Part shown: piece after piece, positions 9,601 through 20,640 of the stretch | How the letters are laid out: each line of letters begins with the position of its first letter | Numbering within the stretch: position 1 is the stretch's first letter | Assembly: GCA_002269645.1 (NCBI GenBank) | Contig: NIVC01003104.1 | Coordinates: forward strand, 60,815-124,814 | Direction: 5' to 3' | DNA length: 64,000 bases | Source of the DNA: Macrostomum lignano | Taxonomy: Eukaryota | Position numbers and translations under genes: made by a program | Notes under the pieces: generated by a model | What the model was told of the DNA's origin: nothing | Database searches by the model: none | The model's input: the letters and a program-made list of their open reading frames with translations, nothing else

Positions 9601-12600
9601 AAGTTCTAGCTTAGTATTGATAAATACATTTTACTACTATGCAGGGTAAAATAGTATTTTTATCTTAAAAATAATACAAGTTTAACATATTTAAGTCCAC
9701 AATCTCTTAAATATGGCTATACATTCATAGATGACAATAATTGGCAAAATTATTGTTTTACCAATGCTTATCCATGCTATCCAATTGCTGATTTTAGTCG
9801 CAGGTCCCGCTGTTTGTAAACAGACTGGATTCCACTCAGTCTGTTCTGCCATACGAGTATGACAGGTGAGCCCCCGCAGTCACGGTTCTGCTAAGCTGAG
9901 ATTAGTCTGCCTGTGCTCAATTCCGTTTTTTATATCATTAACTTAACTATCCACAGGTTCGACTTCTGCGAGTCGCCAAGCGACTCGTCCAGCCCGGTTG
10001 AGAACCTCGGCCAGGTTGTGTTTGGCGAGCGAATCCGGCCAAGCCCTTACACTGTGAACTTTCTCAAGGAGGTCAACTGCAAACTCGTCTGCACAAAAGA
10101 GTATACTAAAGAGTCCAAGTCTAGTCTGGAGAAGCTGCAGTTTCTGAGGAATAGCATCATATTGAACTACCAGCACCACTGGATCATGGACAATCTGCCT
10201 GTTACCTGGTGCTATACGGTTGACAGCGGGCAGCAGTTCTGCGCGCCCGGCTTCCCTGTTGGTTGCTATGTGACCGAGAAAGGCGAACGGCGCGACGCCT
10301 GCTCAACTAGTTCCAGGTCTGCCTCACTGCACTCTTTCCCAATAGTTTCGGCTTTTTTTAGTCCCTATGACATCATACATGCGCAACCTTGGGGAATCAC
10401 TCGGCCGTTTCTATTGGCAACACACACACATGTAATTCGCTATTGGCTGAGAGCAGTCACGTGACTACTATTCCGTCCAATAGCGACTTACATGTGTGTG
10501 TTGCCAATAGAAACGGCCGGGTGAATCCCTAGGTTGCGCCCAAGCATAAATGAGATCCTAATTAGGGTCGGGTAATTTCGGATTTCAGATCTTAAAGTCA
10601 ATCGAATCTGTTTCCTTGCCCAACTTTCGAATTGGATCAATGGAAAAATAGTCATCAGTATGGACATACTTTTATCCAGACAAATAATAAAAAAGGATCT
10701 AGTTTTCTATTCTTTATTCGCTAGGAATTCATTTAAAGTTCTTACACCCGCTTAGAAATAAATGATAATAAAAATTCTGCTTCAGGTTACACCAAAAATG
10801 CTGCAGAGTCTTTTAATGCTCAAATTTCCAACTGTGAAGCCTATTTGGCATTATTGATAGATCTTAGCCTCCAGCCCACCATAAGTTTTATGTCAATCTG
10901 TGTGCCTCAGGCGACTGTCGCACATAAATGCGATGGAGAGCGTAAAAATGCGTTGTTATAAATGCGAAATCCGATTCTAATTCATAAAGTGACGCAGTTG
11001 AGCTTTATATGCAACTCAGTGATTCCACAGCGACTCCAGCACGCCTCATATGCGACCCTACGGCCCCAGTCATTATAGTAGCGCCTCAGAGTCACTTGCG
11101 TCGCCATAGGGTCGTTTCAGAGTCGCAGACAATCAAACGACTCTTTGACAACTTTCTGGCAACTTACCGTGACATCTCGTCGTTTAGAGTCGTCTAGACT
11201 CACTTCTTTCCTATTTTACCTGTGTTACCTGCAACGACTTTGGGCGACGCAAGTGACTCCGGGATACTACTTGGCCTAGTTACCGTTTTCATCGGGTATT
11301 CTATCGCCCATAGTAACTCGCCTCGCTCTGCAGGTACAGCTCGCCGAACACGGTGTACCTGTTCAACCATGTGCAGCTGGTGATCTCCTATCACAGCAGC
11401 GCCGAGGAAAGCTGGGGCGCCGGAATCTCCGGTCGCGGCGGGAGGATCATCTCGGTTAAAGCGCTTGTGCAAAGCTACAAGCACAGTGGCAAGGATTCTA
11501 TACGATGCAACGATCAGACTCCTCCGTTAGGCATCTCGGCTACAAGCAGCGACCTGCCGGAGCCCGTTAAAGTGTTCTACACCTACAGTGTGTCTTACAA
11601 GCAGGATAATAGCGTTCGCTGGAGCTCCCGCTGGGATTATATCCTGGAATCCATGCCGCACTCCAATATCCAGTGGTTTAGCATTCTAAACTCGCTAGTC
11701 ATAGTCCTGTTCCTAAGCGGCATGGTTGCTATGATCCTGCTGCGCACTCTGCACAGGGACATCTCTCGCTACAACCAGCAGGAGGCGCACGAAGAGGCCC
11801 AAGAAGAATTCGGCTGGAAGCTGGTGCACGGCGACGTGTTCCGGCCGCCAGCCAAGGGTATGCTGCTCAGCGTGTTCCTAGGCAACGGAGTCCAGATCCT
11901 GTGCATGTCGCTCATCACGCTGGCCTTCGCCTGTCTCGGCTTTCTCAGTCCGGCCAATCGCGGCGCCCTCATGACCTGCGCCATGGTGCTGTACGTCCTG
12001 CTGGGCACACCGGCTGGCTACGTGTCCGCCAGAATCTACAAGATGTTTGGCGGCCTACGCTGGAAGCTGCACGTCTTATTAACTGCGCTGCTGTGCCCCG
12101 GCCTGGTGTTTGCCATCTTCTTCGTGCTTAACCTGGTGCTGTGGGCTAAGGGCAGCTCGGCCGCTGTGCCGTTTAGCACTATTGTTGCCATCCTGGCTCT
12201 CTGGTTCCTCGTCTCCGTTCCGCTCTGCTTTCTAGGCGCTTATTTCGGTTTTAAGAAGCCGCCGATGGAGCATCCGGTTCGCACTAATCAGATACCGAGA
12301 CAGATCCCCGACCAGAGCTTCTACACGAGGCCCCTGCCCGGCATTCTAATGGGCGGCATCCTGCCATTCGGCTGCATCTTCATCCAGCTGTTCTTCATTC
12401 TGAACTCGATCTGGGGCTCCGATGTGAGTTCGCCTACCTGTATTTCTGCTACCTCTGTGACCTTCAATGTGATAACACTACCCCCTGTGACCTTCAATGT
12501 GATACCGCTACCCCCTGTGACCTTCAAAGTGATACCGCTACCCCCTGTGACCTTCAAAGTGATACCGCTACCCCCTGTGACCTTCAAAGTGATACCGCTA

Positions 12601-14529
12601 CCCCCTGTGACCTTCAATGTGATACCGCTACCCCCTGTGATCTTCAATGTGATACCGCTACCCCCTGTGACCTTCAAAGTGATACCGCTACCCCCTGTGA
12701 CCTTCAAAGTGATACCGCTACCCCCTGTGACCTTCAATGTGATACCGCTACCCCCTGTGACCTTCAAAGTGATACCGCTACCCCCTGTGACCTTCAAACT
12801 GATACCGCTACCCCCTGTGACCTTCAATGTGATACCGCTACCCCCTGTGATCTTCAATGTGATACCGCTACCCCCTGTGACCTTCAAAGTGATACCGCTA
12901 CCCCCTGTGACCTTCAAAGTGATAACACTACCCCCTGTGACCTTCAATGTGATACCGCTACCCCCTGTGACCTTCAAAGTGATACCGCTACCCCCTGTGA
13001 CCTTCAAACTGATACCGCTACCCCCTGTGACCTTCAATGTGATACCGCTACCCCCTGTGACCTTCAAACTGATACCGCTACCCCCTGTGACCTTCAATGT
13101 GATACCGCTACCCCTGTGACCTTCAAAGTGATACCGCTACCTCCTGTGACCTTCAATGTGATACCGCTACCCCCTGTGACTTTCAAAGTGATACCGCTAC
13201 CCCCTGTGACCTTCAATGTGAGACCGCTACCCCTGTGACCTTCAATGGGATACCGCTACCCCTGTGATCTTCTATGTGACACCGCTACCCCTTTGACCTT
13301 CAATGTGACACCGCTACCCCCTGTGATCTTCAATGTGACACCGCTACCCCCTGTGATCTTCAATGTGATACCGCTACCCTTGTGACCTTAAATGCCTCCC
13401 TTGTACGGAGATATAATATAGTTTCAAATGTCTTCTGTGATAAAATAAGCAAGCAAAAATAAACCTCACTGCTTTTTAAAAACCGATTTCTACTTAACCA
13501 GGTGTACTACATGTTCGGCTTCCTGTTCCTGGTGTTCCTCATCCTGCTTGTGACCTGCTCGGAGGCCACCATTCTGCTGTGCTATTTCCACCTGTGCGCA
13601 GAGGACTATCACTGGTGGTGGCGCGCCTTCCTCACGGCCGGGTGCACAGCCATGTACCTGTTCCTCTATTCCGTGCACTATTTCTTCGCCAAGATGGAGT
13701 TGAGCGGCGCCGCTTCCACTTTCCTGTACTTCGGCTACACCTTCATCATTGTGCTGCTGTTTTTCCTTTTTACAGGTGAGGAGATGCATTTGAGTTTTGT
13801 TGCAAATAAAACTTTATTGTGTGCCGATTTCGATAACTGTACTCCGATCCCTGATCTCCCTCAGTTCTCAGTCTAAGCCGCTCTCACCCCCCAGTTCTCA
13901 GTCTGGGCCGCTCTCACCCCCCTCCAGTTCTCAGTCTGGGCCGCTCTCACCCCCCCCCAGTTCTCAGTCTGGGCCGCTCTCACCCCCCTCCAGTTCTCAG
14001 TCTGGGCCGCTCTCACCCCCCCCAGTTCTCAGTCTGAGCCGCTGTCACCCCCCCCCCATTTCTCAGTCTGGGCCGCTGTCACCCCCCCCCCCCAGTTCTC
14101 AGTCTGGGCCGCTCTCACCCCCCCCAGTTCTCAGTCTGGGCCGCTCTCACCCCCCCCCAGTTCTCAGTCTGAGCCGCTGTCACCCCCCCCCATTTCTCAG
14201 TCTGGGCCGCTGTCACCCCCCCCCCCCAGTTCTCAGTCTGGGCCGCTCTCACCCCCCCCCCAGTTCTCAGTCTGGGCTGCTCACACCCCCCAGTTCTCAG
14301 TCGGGGCCGCTCTCATCTCCCTAATTCTCAGTCTGGGCCGCTCTCATCTCCCTAATTCTCAGTCTGGGCCGCTCTCATCTCACCCAGTTCTCAGTCTGGG
14401 CCGCTCTCATCTCCCCAGCTCAGTTCGCAGTCCAATCCGCCTATACTTTTACTAATTTTAGGCACCGTGGGCTTCTTCGCCACGTTTTGGTTTGTACGCA
14501 AAATCTACAGCGTTGTAAAGGTGGATTAA
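6647..14529 (+). CDS. TM9SF2: Transmembrane 9 superfamily member 2-like (nonaspanin/EMP70), 6 exons, ~660 aa
   Basis: Exons 6647-6769 (signal peptide + [12 protein letters not shown]), 9798-9865 ([21 protein letters not shown]), 9957-10316 ([22 protein letters not shown]), 11334-12423 ([44 protein letters not shown]), 13502-13775 ([16 protein letters not shown]), 14462-14529 ([15 protein letters not shown]). All introns are GT-AG with consistent phases; the total is 1983 nt. The C-terminal KIYSVVKVD is TM9SF2-type. Confidence 0.95.
8341..8606 (+). repeat. Short array of spaced repeats (CTTTGACAACT(T)TGGTGTCAGCAG-like core, period 51-56 bp) in TM9SF2 intron 1
   Basis: Cores start at 8383, 8439, 8491, 8545 and (degenerate) 8596, with a partial copy TGGTGGCAGC at 8344. 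The intervening purine-rich sequence differs between units. Confidence 0.8.
10381..10539. mobile_element. MITE-like palindrome (~65-bp inverted arms) in TM9SF2 intron 3
   Basis: Left arm 10381-10446 (GCGCAACCTTGGGGAATCACTCGGCCGTTTCTATTGGCAACACAC..CGCTATTGG) is the reverse complement of 10477-10539 with few mismatches. The central palindrome is AGTCACGTGACT. No clear TSD. Confidence 0.7.
12448..13394 (+). repeat. Minisatellite, 30-bp unit (CCCCCTGTGACCTTCAAAGTGATACCGCTA), ~31 copies, TM9SF2 intron 4
   Basis: Direct tandem repeat starting ~25 nt after the donor at 12424. Confidence 0.97.
13855..14425 (+). repeat. Minisatellite, ~31-35-bp unit (CAGTTCTCAGTCTGGGCCGCTCTCA + variable C-run), TM9SF2 intron 5
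   Basis: Tandem copies with variable poly-C length. Confidence 0.95.
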
Positions 14530-15067
14530 TGCGGCAACTGTACGCGGCTTTGGTACTGGGATACCCGCTCGATTTTGCTGAAAACAATACGGCGGGATTG
14601 AATTTTGCACTATTTCGCCATCACTCACTTGTTACTTACTCCAGTGTACCCAGTTCTTGCTTGTGATGGGATTCCTTGCTCTCTATATTCGTGTTTAGCC
14701 AGCATGTGATTACCTTACCGCCCCGTATATCCTTTATCAGCATCTACTCTAGAAGTCTATGTATCATTTATTGTCGATAAGCGCATATATCGGTTGTTGA
14801 ATATCAATAGAATGCGTAAACATTAATAATAATACGAGTGTGTAGTACCATATAAAATAGTTTCGCTAATGGTTTTATTACCCTGCGTTTTACAGTAACA
14901 ACATTATTCTGAACCAAATGCGAGCTGTTATATTGATTGTGTAAGAGTAAAGGACTGGCTTTCCTAGTGAATATGTGCACGGACTATATCTGCTTTATTA
15001 ATAATCCTGTCATATTTCCTAAATTTTTTCGATGTGTTAACTGTACCGGTCGTCGCCATGATCTCAA

Positions 15068-16235
15068 CCCGCTGCCACATTGAATCCGCCCCTTCTTACC
15101 CGCTGCCACTCTGAATCCGCCCCTTCTTACCCGCTGCCACACTGAATCCGCCCCTTCTTACCCGCTGCCACTCTGAATCCGCCCCTTCTTACCCGCTGCC
15201 ACACTGAATCCGCCCCTTCTTACCCGCTGCCACTCTGAATCCGCCCCTTCTTACCCGCTGCCACTCTGAATCCGCCCCTTCTTACCCGCTGCCACACTGA
15301 ATCCGCCCCTTCTTACCCGCTGCCACTCTGAATCCGCCCCTTCTTACCCGCTGCCACACTGAATCCGCCCCTTCTTACCCGCTGCCACACTGAATCCGCC
15401 CCTTCTTACCCGCTGCCACACTGAATCCGCCCCCTCTTATCCGCTGCCACACTGAATCCGCCCCCTCTTACCCACTGCCACACTGAATCCGCCCCTTCTT
15501 ACCCGCTGCCACACTGAATCCGCCCCTTCTTACCCACTGCCACACTGAATCCGCCCCTTCTTACCCGCTGCCACACTGAATCCGCCCCTTCTTACCCGCT
15601 GCCACACTGAATCCGCCCCCTCTTATCCGCTGCCACACTGAATCCGCCCCCTCTTACCCACTGCCACACTGAATCCGCCCCCTCTTACCCACTGCCACAC
15701 TGAATCCGCCCCTTCTTACCCGCTGCCACACTGAATCCGCCCCTTCTTACCCGCTGCCACACTGAATCCGCCCCTTCTTACCCGCTGCCACACTGAATCC
15801 GCCCCCTCTTATCCGCTGCCACACTGAATCCGCCCCTTCTTACCCGCTGCCACACTGAATCCGCCCCTTCTTACCCACTGCCACACTGAATCCGCCCCTT
15901 CTTACCCGCTGCCACACTGAATCCGCCCCTTCTTACCCGCTGCCACACTGAATCCGCCCCTTCTTACCCGCTGCCACACTGAATCCGCCCCCTCTTACCC
16001 GCTGCCACACTGAATCCGCCCCTTCTTACCCGCTGCCACACTGAATCCACCCCCTCTTACCCGCTGCCACACTGAATCCGCCCCCTCTTACCCGCTGCCA
16101 CACTGAATCCGCCCCCTCTTACCCGCTGCCACACTGAATCCGCCCCTTCTTACCCGCTGCCACACTGAATCCGCCCCTTCTTACCCGCTGCCACACTGAA
16201 TCCGCCCCTTCTTACCCGCTGCCACACTGAATCCA
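15068..16235 (+). repeat. Minisatellite, 31-bp unit (CTGAATCCGCCCCTTCTTACCCGCTGCCACA), ~38 copies
   Basis: Direct tandem repeat downstream of the TM9SF2 3' UTR. Confidence 0.97.
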
Positions 16236-17468
16236 CCGCCCCCCCCTCTTGTGTGGCCACATGTGTAAACAATAGTTAGCCGTTTTGATTTTCCTATCTG
16301 TTATTCTAGCGACTGGATGCTATTCCCCATTAACTGGGATAATCCCGATCAGCCATACTCCCCTGTACATCCCAAATGTTGTTAAGCAATAATCAGTCCC
16401 ATAAACTACGCCTGCTTATATACTATAGCAGCATATACTATAAGCTATAGCTTGAAATTTGAAAACATTAATTTCACCTGGCTGACCAGGGTCCAGTTAA
16501 AGTAAGCAACGTCATCCAAGTTGTTTTGTTTTAATCCTTTTTTCACTTTTTTTCACCACCGTGACAGTGGCTAGTACCTTTAGTTAGCCTTGGCTGTCAT
16601 TGCTGATAAATTGCCTGATAAATAAATAAATTAACGCACGAGTTCTGGCATTGGCACCGCACTCTCAAATAAAGAGTTTATTTGATCTTGTTTTCGATTT
16701 GCTCTGTTTTTTGTATACGGATTAAACATTTTTCCTGGATAATACTAGTGTTGTGTTTTATTTTCAGCATCGCCTCTTTGCTGCCCCGTTTAATCTATAG
16801 TTATTGGTTTTAGATTCTGCTCGCGTCGGCCCGTGGTTCATTTCGCTGATTTTTATTTGTTATCAATTGTCCTTTGTTTGCTACTTTGCAGTAGTTTATG
16901 ATGAAAACTATTTTGTTTTGTTTATTCAATTGTAGCCAGTTTAATATTCATACTATTATTCGGTTGCAGAAATAAGCCAGCCTCCTCTTTCCCTTTTGTT
17001 TGATCGCTGTGCGCTGCTAAATTCGGCTACCAGGGTAAAATAATACAAGGCGACACTTGTCTGTCTCTGTCTCTCTCTAACTCTTCATTTTGCTATCAAC
17101 ACTGCAATTCTGATGCATAGCAATCCTATGCATCCTTTTTAATAGTTTTTTGTTTATACGTAAATACGAGGGTCGCTAGTCGGGTTCAGATTAAGCAGAC
17201 TTTACTGTGGTTAGTTAGTACAGAGCAATCCGAAATAAATGCTTGTGTTGTGGGAGGCTGGGAGTTTCAGAGGCGTAGCTGGTGGGGTTAACGACTGAGG
17301 GACCGAATTTTTGATGACCAGGGGATGAATCTTTGATGACTGAGGGACCGAATCTGGGGGGGTAAGGGGCGGCGGCCCCTCAATAGGCTATAAAAAGTTA
17401 TGGCGCCCTTTTCACAGTAGGTTTAGAGCCCCTGTTTCCAAGTTTAGCGCTTCCCCAGTCATTACTGT

Positions 17469-18062
17469 GGCGCCTCTTGATGCTGGCGCCACTTGGTGCT
17501 GGCGCCACTTGGTGCTGGCGCTTCGGTGCTGGCGCCTCGGTGCTGGTGCCTCGGTGCTGGCGCCTCGGTGTTGGCGCCTCGGTGCTGGCGCCTCGGTGCT
17601 GGCGCCTCGGTGCTGGCGCCTCGGTGCTGGCGCTTCGGTGCTGGCGCCTCGGTGCTGGTGCCTCGGTGCTGGCGCCTCGGTGCTGGCGCCTCGGTGCTGG
17701 TGCCTCGGTGCTGGCGCCTCGGTGTTGGCGCCTCGGTGCTGGCGCCTCGGTGCTGGCGCCTCGGTGCTGGCGCTTCGGTGCTGGCGCCTCGGTGCTGGTG
17801 CCTCGGTGCTGGCGCCTCGGTGCTGGCGCCTCGGTGCTGGCGCCTTGGTGCTGGCGCCACTTGGTGCTGGCGCCTCGGTGCTGGCGCCTCGGTGCTGGCG
17901 CCTCGGTGCTGGCGCCTCGGTGCTGGCGCCTCGGTGCTGGCGCCTCGGTGCTGGCGCCTCGGTGCTGGCGCCTCGGTGCTGGCGCCTCGGTGCTGGCGCC
18001 TCGGTGATGGCGCCTCGGAGCTGGCGCCTTGGTGCTGGCGCCACTTGGTGCTGGCGCCACTT
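17469..18062 (+). repeat. Minisatellite, 14-bp unit (TGGCGCCTCGGTGC)
   Basis: Direct tandem repeat; the source of several spurious ORFs. Confidence 0.96.
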
Positions 18063-18351
18063 GACGCGTTACCGTCGAGCTTACAGTAGTTCGATTCATT
18101 CGGCTAATGTTCCAGGTTGCATTTTTGCTTTCTTCCTTTCCTACTAGTTTATCGGGTTCAAGTAGTATGGTTAGTGTAGGGAGTTAGTACAGAAGCAATT
18201 GCGTCGAGATAAGCGAAATGAAACTTTTGAAACTTAGCATTCAAGATTTGAACATGTAAAAAGGCGCTTCAGTAGTCATTCGTATTGGAACGATCAGCCG
18301 CAGTTGATCGACTTGACGTCCTGCATAAGACCTGATTAGTCGAGAGCAACA

Positions 18352-20640
18352 CATGCGCGCTTAGTCAGAATTGGGCATAAACACGCCCGCGCTCAGTCAG
18401 AATCGGGCATAAACACTTGCGTACTAAGTCAGAATTGGGCATAAACACTAAGTCAGAATTGGGCATAAACACTTGTGTGCTCAGTCAGAATTGGGCATAA
18501 ACACTTGTGTGCTCAGTCAGAATTGGGCATAAACACTTGTGTGCTAAGTCAGAATTGGGCATAAACACTTGTGTGCTCAGTCAGAATTGGGCATAAACAC
18601 TAAGTCAGAATTGGGCATAAACACTTGCGTGCTAAGTCAGAATTGGGCATAAACACTTGTGTGCTAAGTCAGAATTGGGCATAAACACTTGTGTGCTCAG
18701 TCAGAATTGGGCATAAACACTTGTGTGCTCAGTCAGAATTGGGCATAAACACTTGTGTGCTCAGTCAGAATTGGGCATAAACACTTGCGTGCTCAGTCAG
18801 AATTGGGCATAAACACTTGCGTGCTAAGTCAGAATTGGGCATAAACACTTGTGTGCTCAGTCAGAATTGGGCATAAACACTTGCGTGCTAAGTCAGAATT
18901 GGGCATAAACACTTGTGTGCTAAGTCAGAATTGGGCATAAACACTTGTGTGCTCAGTCAGAATTGGGCATAAACACTTGTGTGCTCAGTCAGAATTGGGC
19001 ATAAACACTTGTGTGCTCAGTCAGAATTGGGCATAAACACTTGCGTGCTCAGTCAGAATTGGGCATAAACACTTGCGTGTTAAGTCAGAATTGGGCATAA
19101 ACACTTGTGTGCTAAGTCAGAATTGGGCATAAACACTTGTGTGCTCAGTCAGAATTGGGCATAAACACTTGTGTGCTCAGTCAGAATTGGGCATAAACAC
19201 TTGTGTGCTCAGTCAGAATTGGGCATAAACACTTGTGTGCTCAGTCAGAATTGGGCATAAACACTTGCGTGCTAAGTCAGAATTGGGCATAAACACTTGT
19301 GTGCTAAGTCAGAATTGGGCATAAACACTTGTGTGCTCAGTCAGAATTGGGCATAAACACTTGTGTGCTCAGTCAGAATTGGGCATAAACACTTGTGTGC
19401 TAAGTCAGAATTGGGCATAAACACTTGTGTGCTAAGTCAGAATTGGGCATAAACACTTGTGTGCTCAGTCAGAATTGGGCATAAACACTAAGTCAGAATT
19501 GGGCATAAACACTTGCGTGCTAAGTCAGAATTGGGCATAAACACTTGCGTGCTAAGTCAGAATTGGGCATAAACACTAGTGTGCTAAGTCAGAATTGGGC
19601 ATAAACACTTGTGTGCTAAGTCAGAATTGGGCATAAACACTTGCGTGCTAAGTCAGAATTGGGCATAAACACTTGTGTGCTAAGTCAGAATTGGGCATAA
19701 ACACTTGTGTGCTAAGTCAGAATTGGGCATAAACACTTGTGTGCTCAGTCAGAATTGGGCATAAACACTTGCGTGCTAAGTCAGAATTGGGCATAAACAC
19801 TTGTGTGCTCAGTCAGAATCGGGCATAAACACTTGTGTGCTCAGTCAGAATTGGGCATAAACACTTGTGTGCTCAGTCAGAATTGGGCATAAACACTTGT
19901 GTGCTCAGTCAGAATTGGGCATAAACACTTGCGTGCTAAGTCAGAATTGGGCATAAACACTTGTGTGCTAAGTCAGAATCGGGCATAAACACTTGTGTGC
20001 TCAGTCAGAATTGGGCATAAACACTTGTGTGCTCAGTCAGAATTGGGCATAAACACTTGCGTGCTAAGTCAGAATTGGGCATAAACACTTGTGTGCTAAG
20101 TCAGAATTGGGCATAAACACTTGTGTGCTCAGTCAGAATTGGGCATAAACACTAAGTCAGAATTGGGCATAAACACTTGCGTGCTAAGTCAGAATTGGGC
20201 ATAAACACTTGTGTGCTAAGTCAGAATTGGGCATAAACACTTGTGTGCTAAGTCAGAATTGGGCATAAACACTTGTGTGCTCAGTCAGAATTGGGCATAA
20301 ACACTTGCGTGCTAAGTCAGAATTGGGCATAAACACTAAGTCAGAATTGGGCATAAACACTAGTGTGCTAAGTCAGAATTGGGCATAAACACTTGTGTGC
20401 TAAGTCAGAATTGGGCATAAACACTTGCGTGCTAAGTCAGAATTGGGCATAAACACTTGTGTGCTAAGTCAGAATTGGGCATAAACACTTGTGTGCTAAG
20501 TCAGAATTGGGCATAAACACTTGTGTGCTCAGTCAGAATTGGGCATAAACACTTGTGTGCTAAGTCAGAATTGGGCATAAACACGCGCGCTTAGTCAGAA
20601 TATGCCGAATAAACACCTACGTGATTAGTCAGAAAATTGG
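18352..20640 (+). repeat. Minisatellite, 32-bp unit (AGTCAGAATTGGGCATAAACACTTGTGTGCTC/A) with 24-bp deletion variants, ~70 copies
   Basis: Direct tandem repeat with diverged edge units on both sides. Confidence 0.97.

Noticed and set aside
10563-11060. TAGGGTCG / CGACCCTA as TIRs of a hAT element
   Set aside because: Only 8 bp, no TSD, and CGACCCTA pairs better with the copy at 11107 inside the local fold-back.
12424-13119. C-terminal [10 protein letters not shown] repeat of ORF 11353..13119
   Set aside because: Read-through into intron 4; there is a GTGAGT donor at 12424 and TM9SF2 homology resumes at 13502.
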